A stretch of DNA of 64,000 nt from an uncultured virus (IMG/VR IMGVR_UViG_3300044646_000553) (taxonomy: Duplodnaviria > Heunggongvirae > Uroviricota > Caudoviricetes). Below the pieces are notes generated by a model that was given only the letters and a program-made list of their open reading frames with translations, did not search any database and was not told where the DNA came from. Positions 1-7,845 of the stretch are shown here, piece after piece. The stretch lies in IMG/VR virus record IMGVR_UViG_3300044646_000553. One strand, written 5' to 3'. The position numbers and the translations under genes are program-made. Numbering within the stretch: position 1 is the stretch's first letter; each line of letters begins with the position of its first letter.

Positions 1-200
1 TCTTCCCATTCTTCCCACCGTTCTTCCCATTCTTCCCATTCTTCCCACCATTCTTCCCGTTCTTCCCATTCTTCCCATTCTTCCCACCGTTCTTCCCATT
101 CTTCCCATTCTTCCCACCATTCTTCCCGTTCTTCCCATTCTTCCCATTCTTCCCACCGTTCTTCCCATTCTTCCCATTCTTCCCACCATTCTTCCCACCA
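1..200 (+). repeat. Coding tandem repeat TTCTTCCCA with a 69-nt higher-order period
   Basis: 9-nt unit with an occasional extra CCA/CCG. CCG variants recur at 18, 87, 156 and at 57, 126 (69-nt spacing). Confidence 0.95.
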
Positions 201-245
201 CGCTTTGGAGGATGCGACTGCGTCTGTAATGGACTCTGTGTCTAA
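1..245 (+). CDS. 3' end of an ORF truncated by the window edge: (FFP/FFPP)n low-complexity region followed by RFGGCDCVCNGLCV*
   Basis: Frame starting at nt 3 gives 66 consecutive codons that are only Phe (39, all TTC) or Pro (27), then RFGGCDCVCNGLCV and TAA at 243-245. Point variants in the repeat are synonymous in this frame (CCA/CCG) and the extra unit is a whole Pro codon. Missing from the ORF track because no start codon lies in the window. Confidence 0.85.
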   Translation, partial: FPFFPPFFPFFPFFPPFFPFFPFFPFFPPFFPFFPFFPPFFPFFPFFPFFPPFFPFFPFFPPFFPPRFGGCDCVCNGLCV

Positions 246-247
246 CA

Positions 248-256
248 TGGTATACT
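248..256 (+). promoter_or_regulatory. Extended -10 promoter (TGGTATACT)
   Basis: TGn-TATACT directly after the stop at 245. AAGGAG SD precedes ATG 281. Confidence 0.6.
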
Positions 257-280
257 TTATTAAAATAAAAGGAGATAAAA

Positions 281-727
281 ATGTATAGTGCAATAGTAAA
301 AAATGATGATCAAACCTGGGATATATTTTTTGATTTTAATTATTATTCAATGGTTAGGTTGTCATCCCTAAAAGAAGCATGGGATAGCGAATTGCCTATA
401 GTTCCTATGGAAATAACTGCATACAAAAACACAGCGTTGATAGGTGCTTTCTGGGACGGATCTTCTTTTTCTGGAGGTCATGAGTTAGATGACATACACT
501 ATAAAGCGCTACCAGATACAGTAGAGTTTTGGGAATCTCATAAAGTTTACGGATTTTTGTGTGATAATGTTTTGATTGCTATGATAGTTACAACAAATGA
601 TACAGATTTTGCAGAACTTGTTGCTGCTGCTTTTGAAGGAGAAGTTAAATTTATTAAGCATGAAGGGCTTCCTTTTGGCAAAAGCATTAAGTATAATACT
701 GAAACGAGAGAGAGTTCTTTAGCATAA
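281..727 (+). CDS. Hypothetical protein
   Basis: 148 aa, good SD. Contains IGAFWDGSSF, a motif type common in small phage fibre-associated proteins. No firm family. Confidence 0.75.
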   Translation: MYSAIVKNDDQTWDIFFDFNYYSMVRLSSLKEAWDSELPIVPMEITAYKNTALIGAFWDGSSFSGGHELDDIHYKALPDTVEFWESHKVYGFLCDNVLIAMIVTTNDTDFAELVAAAFEGEVKFIKHEGLPFGKSIKYNTETRESSLA

Positions 728-745
728 ATTATTATTTACTATTTG

Positions 746-754
746 TGATATAAT
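746..754 (+). promoter_or_regulatory. Extended -10 promoter (TGATATAAT) for the first dioxygenase operon
   Basis: Consensus TGnTATAAT in the 52-nt gap before ATG 780. Confidence 0.65.
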
Positions 755-779
755 ATATACATAGAGTAAAGGAAAAAGT

Positions 780-1493
780 ATGACAATTTATGATGAAAAT
801 GAAACTCCATGGTTTACTAAAGATAGATCAGAAACATCACTAAATAGGTATTCATCAAGGAATATCGGCAACAACATCTTGGTTGAAAATCCAGCCCTAG
901 GAATTAATTTATACAGAAATGTATTTTCAAAAGAAGATTCTGAAAGATATATTAAAATTCTTGAATCTAATTTAGGCGGTAATGGCAAATACAAATGGTC
1001 AGAGGCAAAAGTAACCAACTCTGATGTTCCAATCAAAAAGGCTAGAGATGCTGTAGACTTTAGATTTAAGCAAGAAAACTTAGGTCCAAGAGACGAACAC
1101 AATGCTGAACTTTTAGACTTACATGAAGAAATATATCAAAAGTTAAAGTTTTGCGTTGATGATTATGCACGGTATTGGGGAATAAATGTCATATACTATG
1201 AAGCCTTTAACTTTGTAAAATATGAAGGAGAAGGAACACACTTCAACATTCATGCAGACCATGGACCAATGTATAACTGTACAGTGTCTGCCGTTGTCTA
1301 TATAAATGAAGATTACGAGGGGGGAGAGATTAGATTTCCGAGAATGGATAACTACACTCATACTCCAAAAATAGGAGACATTGTTCTTTGTCCATCTAAC
1401 TATATTTATGAGCATGCATCTTTGCCAATGAAAGAAGGAACTAAATATTGTGTTGTCGTAATGACAGACATTAATGAACTGGGACACAAGTAG
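780..1493 (+). CDS. 2OG-Fe(II) dioxygenase, prolyl 4-hydroxylase-like
   Basis: HAD...YINEDYEGGE...EHAS...TKY: HxD...H triad with Lys at the 2OG-binding position. Confidence 0.9.
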   Translation: MTIYDENETPWFTKDRSETSLNRYSSRNIGNNILVENPALGINLYRNVFSKEDSERYIKILESNLGGNGKYKWSEAKVTNSDVPIKKARDAVDFRFKQENLGPRDEHNAELLDLHEEIYQKLKFCVDDYARYWGINVIYYEAFNFVKYEGEGTHFNIHADHGPMYNCTVSAVVYINEDYEGGEIRFPRMDNYTHTPKIGDIVLCPSNYIYEHASLPMKEGTKYCVVVMTDINELGHK

Positions 1494-2260
1494 TGTCTTT
1501 GGTTGCTAGGTTTCGATCATTTAGGCCCTGGTTAAATAAAGAAGATATCTCTGTTCCTGTTCCTACACAAAAAGAAATCCCAGATTGGTACAAAGATGCA
1601 GATAGATTTGCAAAAATGCCAAACGGAGAATACTATAAAGCAACAAAAGAGGTTTGTCCATTTCCCAAAGAAGGAACAACAGATGACTATGGAAAAATCC
1701 CAACATGGAAAGCGTGTCCTGCAATTATGGATGCGTTTGCGACAGGATATGTATTTAAAACTCCTTGTGATCTAACATTTGCTAAAAATTCTCAGGGAAT
1801 AATTAATGTAACAATTAATGACCCTAAGTATAAAGACTTTTGCACACAAAGACCTCCAATGCCACAATTCGAACATCCAAAAGGATACTACCAACACCAT
1901 TTTGCCTGGAGTTCTCCGTGGGGCCTAGAACTTCCAGAAGGATATAGTGCATTATTTATGACTCCAATGAACAGGTTTGATCTTCCATTTTTAAATACAA
2001 CTGGAATTGTTGACTCTGACAAAGTTCATCTTCTTGGAAGTTTTCCATTTTTTATTGCAGATGGTTGGGAAGGCACTATTCCAGCAGGAACCCCATATTT
2101 GCAAGTCCTTCCATTTAAAAGAGAAAATTGGGATCATGATATAGAGATTTCAGATCAATCTTCTATATATGGTAAAATGGTAGATAACGCAAAGTTCTAT
2201 CGTCAACCTGACGGGGGCGTATATATTAAAAAAGTTTGGTCACGCAGAGAGTATAAATAG
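1493..2260 (+). CDS. DUF6065-like protein (possible dUTPase-like beta fold)
   Basis: WKACPAIMDAFATGYVFKTPCD, PEGYSALFMTPMN, IPAGTPYLQVLPFKRE. Shares the C-terminal I-x-AGTP-x-x-x-x-x-P motif with ORF 2953. Confidence 0.55.
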   Translation: MSLVARFRSFRPWLNKEDISVPVPTQKEIPDWYKDADRFAKMPNGEYYKATKEVCPFPKEGTTDDYGKIPTWKACPAIMDAFATGYVFKTPCDLTFAKNSQGIINVTINDPKYKDFCTQRPPMPQFEHPKGYYQHHFAWSSPWGLELPEGYSALFMTPMNRFDLPFLNTTGIVDSDKVHLLGSFPFFIADGWEGTIPAGTPYLQVLPFKRENWDHDIEISDQSSIYGKMVDNAKFYRQPDGGVYIKKVWSRREYK

Positions 2261-2269
2261 GAGATACAA

Positions 2270-2953
2270 ATGCAAACATGGACAGATAAAGAAAGTCTTG
2301 GAAATGGAATAACCTGTTATAGAGGGGTTATTAAAAAAGAGTTTGATGTAGTCAATAGGCTTGAAAATACTTTAGGTTCTGTTGCTGGGTACGGAGAGTT
2401 GTCTACAGAAGGTAAAAGATATCACTGGATGCCAGCATATGTTGGTTATCAACAACTTATGCCAGACTACAGAGACTGTGTAGATTTTAAATTTAAAAAA
2501 ACAGACATTGAACAAGATAAAAGTGAAGAGTCTTTAAAGTTGCAGTCTCTTTGGCAGGACATCTATGATGCACAATCTGCAGCAGTAGAGGACTACAGAC
2601 GAGACTACAACATTATGCCACTTAAATATTGGGAAGCCTTTAATTTTATTAAATATGGTCCAGGCCAACACTTTAAAGAGCATCATGATCATGGATACTC
2701 CTACAACTGTACTGTTTCGTTGGTCGCTTATGTAAATGATGACTATGAGGGTGGAGAGTTATTTTTTAGACTACAGGGGTTAAACATTAAGCCAAAGGCT
2801 GGAGATCTTTACATCTTCCCATCTAACTTTATGTATCCTCATCAGGCTATGCCAGTTCATTCTGGAACTAAATACTCTATTGTTACCATGCTTGACTATA
2901 GTAAAAAGTATCATACGCCAGACATGTATGATCCTAAATGGGATAATGAATAG
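2270..2953 (+). CDS. 2OG-Fe(II) dioxygenase, prolyl 4-hydroxylase-like
   Basis: HHD...YVNDDYEGGE...PHQA...TKY. Close paralog of ORF 780 (shared EAFNF-x-KY, YNCTVS and VVM/IVTM-x-D motifs). Confidence 0.9.
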   Translation: MQTWTDKESLGNGITCYRGVIKKEFDVVNRLENTLGSVAGYGELSTEGKRYHWMPAYVGYQQLMPDYRDCVDFKFKKTDIEQDKSEESLKLQSLWQDIYDAQSAAVEDYRRDYNIMPLKYWEAFNFIKYGPGQHFKEHHDHGYSYNCTVSLVAYVNDDYEGGELFFRLQGLNIKPKAGDLYIFPSNFMYPHQAMPVHSGTKYSIVTMLDYSKKYHTPDMYDPKWDNE

Positions 2954-3663
2954 TGTATAACATAATAGTTGAAAAAATGCCAGGGTGTATTTTTGAAATA
3001 AATCCAATGTCAATAAAAAGAGATTGGATGGATGCTACATCAGAAAACCATGCTTATAGATGTTTCCCAGTAACGCAAGCAAATGTCGTTGGCTACAGTC
3101 TTTCTTGTAAAGAGGATATTGAGTTTATTTGGGACGGGATAAACGATCAAACTCAAGATCATGTAACAATATTTAATCCAGAAAGATCATATTCTGGAAG
3201 AGGTCAGTCATCAGTAAGCCTAGACACAGGGTTAATATTTAGAACTATAGAAGAACTCAGCATCCTCACTATAAATCCAGTAAATTATTTTAATGATGAG
3301 TTTGAAACGATGTCATCCTTAATAAGTACTTCTTTTTATGACAACCCCTTGCCGTTAGCAATTAAAGCAAGGTTTGCAAATAAAAGGGTAACAATTAAGG
3401 CTGGAACTCCAGTAGCAACAATAATACCAATATCCTTAACAGGCTTAAACAATACTGAAATTAATATTATAAAGTATCAAGATAATGACAAAAAAAGAGA
3501 GCAAGCAAACAGGTCTTATGGAGAGGCTGCACAAGTTCTTAATTCTTCGGGAGAATGGACAGACTGGTATAGAAACGCTGTAAATGAAAAACAAGAATCT
3601 CTGGGCTCTCATGAAACAAAAACTTTAAAACTCATTGTAAAAGATAGTTCTGGTGAGTTATGA
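2953..3663 (+). CDS. DUF6065 family protein
   Basis: N-terminal RDWMDAT..HAYRCFPVTQAN..GY signature; IKAGTPVATIIPI. Confidence 0.65.
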   Translation: MYNIIVEKMPGCIFEINPMSIKRDWMDATSENHAYRCFPVTQANVVGYSLSCKEDIEFIWDGINDQTQDHVTIFNPERSYSGRGQSSVSLDTGLIFRTIEELSILTINPVNYFNDEFETMSSLISTSFYDNPLPLAIKARFANKRVTIKAGTPVATIIPISLTGLNNTEINIIKYQDNDKKREQANRSYGEAAQVLNSSGEWTDWYRNAVNEKQESLGSHETKTLKLIVKDSSGEL

Positions 3664-4115
3664 GTGAACTAAATCCAACACATGAAGATATAGTAAGCGA
3701 ATATATAAAAAATGCCAAAGAAGGAAAGGTTGGCCATTACATGATAACAGTTGCTAGAGATGGGGAGTCTCCAGTACGGTCTATAATATCATTTGACAAC
3801 ATAGACGAGGCATTTAAAGGTTACTCAATGTATGAAGATGCTGGGTTTGCAAAAGATTATCTTACAGTTTCCCTATATCAGCCATCAGGAATAGTCACTA
3901 CAAAAGTTTTAAAAAGAAATCATGCTGGAGATCCTTCGTTTGTTAGGCAAAATTATATTGATACGGTTGAAGCCTTGCACTCTGTTAAACATAAGTTAAG
4001 CAAAGAAGACTACGAAGAGATGTGTATTAAAATTGTTACCTCATTTGCAAAAGACAACTGGAGATTTAATGCAGACAGGTTTTTAAAACAACTAGAAATA
4101 GAAAGGACATTGTAG
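3660..4115 (+). CDS. Hypothetical protein
   Basis: 151 aa, overlaps the upstream stop. C-terminal FAKDNWRFNADRF motif. Confidence 0.75.
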   Translation: MSELNPTHEDIVSEYIKNAKEGKVGHYMITVARDGESPVRSIISFDNIDEAFKGYSMYEDAGFAKDYLTVSLYQPSGIVTTKVLKRNHAGDPSFVRQNYIDTVEALHSVKHKLSKEDYEEMCIKIVTSFAKDNWRFNADRFLKQLEIERTL

Positions 4116-4126
4116 GATAAACCCTA

Positions 4127-4135
4127 TGATATAAT
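4127..4135 (+). promoter_or_regulatory. Extended -10 promoter, probably leaderless transcript
   Basis: TGATATAAT with ATG 4142 only 6 nt after the hexamer and no SD in between. Confidence 0.65.
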
Positions 4136-4141
4136 CTTATT

Positions 4142-4816
4142 ATGGACAAAGAAAAAGCCACTGTTGTAGTTAGAAAGCCATCGATAACCCCGTCTGGCTG
4201 GTTTGGCGATAGTAAAGATATGATCGTAGAGTTAGAAAACTTTATGACACAAGAAGAGATTGAGTTTTTAGAAAAGGCTGCAAAGTCTTTAACTATTTGG
4301 GATGTAACAGAAAGCCATGTAAACGAAAATGGAACTGTTGTTTATGATTCAGAATACTGGAAAGACAGAGTTGCAACCAGTCCAACACTTAACAAAAATG
4401 ATCCATCAATTGCTCCAGTAATCGCAGGACTTTTTGAAAGGTTAAAGCCTATAGTAGAAGATTTTTATAAAGTAAAGGTTATCCCTACTGGAACAACAAT
4501 TGTAAAATGGCTTCCAGGACAATTTCAAAAACCGCATGCAGACAAAGAGTTGCACGAAGGCCCAGATGCTGGCCTACCAAATGATTTTCCAAACTATGAT
4601 CTTTCAAGTTTGTTTTATTTAAACGATGACTACGAAGGTGGAGAACTATACTTTCCACTGCAAGAAGTGCAGTTTAAACCTAAAAAAGGCGCTGCATACT
4701 TTTTCCCAGGTGACAAGAACTATATCCACGGGGTAACAGAAATTAAAAGTGGTTTAAGATTTACCTGTCCTTTCTTTTGGGAAATTACAGAGCATACAGG
4801 AGATCGAAAGCCATGA
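4142..4816 (+). CDS. 2OG-Fe(II) dioxygenase
   Basis: HAD...YLNDDYEGGE...IHGV...LRF. Confidence 0.9.
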   Translation: MDKEKATVVVRKPSITPSGWFGDSKDMIVELENFMTQEEIEFLEKAAKSLTIWDVTESHVNENGTVVYDSEYWKDRVATSPTLNKNDPSIAPVIAGLFERLKPIVEDFYKVKVIPTGTTIVKWLPGQFQKPHADKELHEGPDAGLPNDFPNYDLSSLFYLNDDYEGGELYFPLQEVQFKPKKGAAYFFPGDKNYIHGVTEIKSGLRFTCPFFWEITEHTGDRKP

Positions 4817-5682
4817 TAGCAATGTCTTCAAAAAGTTTGGATTCTGTTGAGTTGTATCCTAAAATAATTGTGTATAAGAATTTATTTAAAGATATTGCAA
4901 AAACTACAAAATTACTTGAAGAAGAAAGCGAAGACGGTTTGTTTTCGCCATGGACAAAATGGTCTAATTTTGGAGAATATCTCAATCCGTTGTTTAAAAA
5001 TGACCCTTTCCAACTATTAATAGGCATGATAAGAGTAATAAAAACAACAAATTTAAAACAAGAAGAACATAAAAATGCAATATTGGAACTTTATGAAAAT
5101 TTCTATATAGCAACAAAAGACTACGCAAATAGGTTTGATATTGAGATAGATGATCAAAAAATTGTAAAAACACACGAGGGCCAAGACATAAAAGAATGGG
5201 TGATTAATGGTCCATCAATAGCAAGATACAGAACAGACATCACAGATCCAGTTGCAATGACGTATCATTCTGACTATATCCGTGAGCCAATCACTAGTCC
5301 AGGGCATAAATATGTCATAACGGCCCTGACATACTTTAATGATAATTATTCTGGCGGTGAAATTGATTTTATTGTTGATGGAGAAGCCTACATGTATAAA
5401 CCACAGGCTGGAGATGTTTTGGTATTTCCTTCAGGGCATCCACAAATTTTAACTAAAGAGGGAAAGATATACCTACACGGAGTTATGCCAGCGCAAGGTT
5501 TTAAGAAGTATATCTCCAGAATGTATTGGATGAAATACGAACCAGGAGAATCCGCATGGTTTGAACAAGAAGAAAAGTTTGGAAAAGAAGTCTGGAACAA
5601 AATGCAAGAAAAGATTATGGAAGAGTTTAGAAATGCTCATCCAAATAAACATAGTGCTGAAAGGGAGAAAAGAATATCATGA
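4813..5682 (+). CDS. 2OG-Fe(II) dioxygenase
   Basis: YHSD...YFNDNYSGGE...LHGV...KKY. Start moved to ATG 4813 (ATGA overlap with the upstream stop) from TTG 4777. Confidence 0.88.
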   Translation: MIAMSSKSLDSVELYPKIIVYKNLFKDIAKTTKLLEEESEDGLFSPWTKWSNFGEYLNPLFKNDPFQLLIGMIRVIKTTNLKQEEHKNAILELYENFYIATKDYANRFDIEIDDQKIVKTHEGQDIKEWVINGPSIARYRTDITDPVAMTYHSDYIREPITSPGHKYVITALTYFNDNYSGGEIDFIVDGEAYMYKPQAGDVLVFPSGHPQILTKEGKIYLHGVMPAQGFKKYISRMYWMKYEPGESAWFEQEEKFGKEVWNKMQEKIMEEFRNAHPNKHSAEREKRIS

Positions 5683-6428
5683 ATCTAGAAAACAAAAACA
5701 GAATAACTAAAGATATAGTTGTTTATGAAAACTTCATTGATGCAGATACTGCTGAAAAACTTGTAAAAGTTTTAGATAAACATGTCGAGGTTGGAACAAT
5801 CACATGGATGCCAATATCATTCTACGAATCCTATTCTTCTGTATTACCACAAGATGATGATGAGCATGTTATTGCAGAAGGTCTTCCTACTACTATTTTT
5901 TCAGACATGAAGCAGGGGATAATTGAAGCAGTAGCAAGTGTTCATGACCTTGATCCAAAGATAATTTCTCAAATTGGATATCATACTCAAAAGTGGGAGC
6001 CAGGAGCATACGCAAGAAAACATTCCGACAATACCGATGAGCACGGACACTCTGGTGCCTTTACAAGGAGTAGATATGCTGCATTCTTATATCTAAATGA
6101 TAATTTTGAAGGAGGAATGTTGCAGTTCCCAGATCAAGACATAAGCATACAGCCCAAAGTTGGAATGCTTGCTGCATTTGACGGGGGATTTAACAACATG
6201 CACGAAGTAACCCTTATCACTAGTGGAGTTAGATACACCATAGGTTCTTTTTGGGATGATCGAGAAGAAGATGCATACCCACAAGAAGTAAGAGATGCAT
6301 GGGCAGCAGAAATGAAAGAAACTAGAGCGCATCAAGAAATTGAAAGAGCCGAGTGGCAAGAACTCTTAAAACAGGGTTGGAAACTTGATGCTAATGGAAA
6401 TAAATATAAAGCAGATGATTTAAAATGA
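5679..6428 (+). CDS. 2OG-Fe(II) dioxygenase
   Basis: HSD...YLNDNFEGG...MHEV...VRY. Confidence 0.9.
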   Translation: MNLENKNRITKDIVVYENFIDADTAEKLVKVLDKHVEVGTITWMPISFYESYSSVLPQDDDEHVIAEGLPTTIFSDMKQGIIEAVASVHDLDPKIISQIGYHTQKWEPGAYARKHSDNTDEHGHSGAFTRSRYAAFLYLNDNFEGGMLQFPDQDISIQPKVGMLAAFDGGFNNMHEVTLITSGVRYTIGSFWDDREEDAYPQEVRDAWAAEMKETRAHQEIERAEWQELLKQGWKLDANGNKYKADDLK

Positions 6429-7087
6429 ATGTTTTTTTAAAAAAAGAGTTCGATGATGCTGGATATAACACTGAGGTTTTCCATGACCAGGTTTTGTTTA
6501 TTTATGATTTTTTAAAAGACGGAGAGTTAGAAATTTTATGGAACATAATTAATACCACTGACAACGCAGACTGGTCAATAGAGTATACTAAAAATCTTGC
6601 CAGGTTTTGCATGGAAAAATTTGGAAGGGACGATGTTGAAAATTTAATTTCAGAAGGTAAATTTGAAAAAACTCTTGGATGGGAAGATAAAAATCTAGAT
6701 ATTACCAAGAGACCTATAAGCACAGTTCTTCAAAGAAGGCTTGGAGAGTTACTTGAAAAAGCAGACCCATCCCTAGAACTCGCTGGGTTTGGAACTCTTC
6801 AAAGAATGCAAGAGGGCGTTGAACTAAAAGCACATACGGACCAGAATACCGATCCATCAATTAAATATGCTGCTATACTATATATTAATGATGACTACAA
6901 AGATGGAACTTTGTTTTTTTATAACAAAGAGAATTCAGATTTGAGGCCAAAGCCAGGAACCTTGCTTATTTTTCCAGGTAACGAAGAATATGAGCATGGA
7001 GTAAGACATGTTGGAGAAGGTCCTATTCGTTATGTGACTGTAGGATTTATGAAGACAATTGGTTTTTATGAAAATAATAAGTACTAA
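6425..7087 (+). CDS. 2OG-Fe(II) dioxygenase
   Basis: HTD...YINDDYKDG...EHGV...IRY. Confidence 0.9.
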   Translation: MNVFLKKEFDDAGYNTEVFHDQVLFIYDFLKDGELEILWNIINTTDNADWSIEYTKNLARFCMEKFGRDDVENLISEGKFEKTLGWEDKNLDITKRPISTVLQRRLGELLEKADPSLELAGFGTLQRMQEGVELKAHTDQNTDPSIKYAAILYINDDYKDGTLFFYNKENSDLRPKPGTLLIFPGNEEYEHGVRHVGEGPIRYVTVGFMKTIGFYENNKY

Positions 7088-7098
7088 GGAGAAATACT

Positions 7099-7728
7099 AT
7101 GGAAAGAGAAATACTTGAAGAAAAGGTCTACTATTACACAAACGTAATTGAAGACCCAAAGAAACTTGTTGATGCAATTGAAAATGACAACAAAGATCCT
7201 TGGGGTGAATGGATGGCGTGTAGTGGAGAAGCGTATGTTTATGGAACAGATAAAACCATTGCTCTAACTTCAGATGCTGATGAAAAAAATAAGTATATCT
7301 ATAATACCTTACAAAAAGCATTTGACGATGTAGCAAGAGACTATGCAAAAGCCCAAGGAATTACAGATGAACCAAAACTATTTCCACAGTATCCAATTAA
7401 AAAGTATCAGCCAGGAACATTTATGGGTGCACACTTTGATCAACAAGAAGGAGACCAAAGACTTAAAGTTTCTTTTGTTATGTATTTAAATGACGATTAT
7501 GAAGGCGGAGAAATTTCTTTTACAATTGCTTCTCCAGAAGGAGTACTAACTCAGCCTAGCCCAGAACCAGATTTTGATGATGCTAAAACTAGAGGAAACT
7601 ATAACTTTTATGTAAAGCCCAAGGCTGGAAGTATAATTGTTTTCCCTCCATCACCACCATATCATCACACCGCACACCTAGTAAAAAGTGGCGAAAAGAT
7701 TATGGTTCCACAGCACTGGATTCATTAA
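7099..7728 (+). CDS. 2OG-Fe(II) dioxygenase
   Basis: HFD...YLNDDYEGGE...HHTA...EKI. Confidence 0.9.
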   Translation: MEREILEEKVYYYTNVIEDPKKLVDAIENDNKDPWGEWMACSGEAYVYGTDKTIALTSDADEKNKYIYNTLQKAFDDVARDYAKAQGITDEPKLFPQYPIKKYQPGTFMGAHFDQQEGDQRLKVSFVMYLNDDYEGGEISFTIASPEGVLTQPSPEPDFDDAKTRGNYNFYVKPKAGSIIVFPPSPPYHHTAHLVKSGEKIMVPQHWIH

Positions 7729-7778
7729 TCTTTTATAAAATAGTTTTTATTAACTCTTAACTACAACTTTAGGGGAGA

Positions 7779-7808
7779 GTTTTGCTTTTTGCAAAACACT
7801 GCTATACT
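7779..7808 (+). promoter_or_regulatory. nrdJ promoter (TGCTATACT, 7800-7808) with an inverted repeat over the -35/spacer region
   Basis: GTTTTGC-TTTTT-GCAAAAC at 7779-7797 lies directly upstream of the extended -10. Confidence 0.55.
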
Positions 7809-7845
7809 TAACACTTATTCCGTTTTTGAAAGGACGATACACATT

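Noticed and set aside
1..200. CRISPR array, telomere-like or non-coding microsatellite
   Set aside because: No unique spacers. Variation is confined to synonymous Pro positions and whole-codon insertions, and the frame runs into a sensible C-terminus and stop, so it is coding.
1..200. Minus-strand (WEE)n or other-frame reading of the repeat
   Set aside because: The CCA/CCG variants would be non-synonymous (Trp/Arg) in the WEE frame, and all other genes in the window are on the + strand.
780..7728. Oxygenases as TET/JBP or AlkB DNA-modifying enzymes
   Set aside because: Motifs match the P4H-like family, and no methyltransferase or base glycosyltransferase is adjacent in the window. Not fully excluded without an HMM search.
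7755..7776. NrdR box upstream of nrdJ
   Set aside because: CTACAACTTTAGGGG matches the consensus only partly, with mismatches at core positions, and there is no second box.
7789..7845. Longer ORF-track starts (TTG 7789; likewise 4777, 17008, 40104, 47087, 50812, 60998)
   Set aside because: They overlap promoters or upstream genes; downstream ATGs have better SD sites or stop-start coupling.
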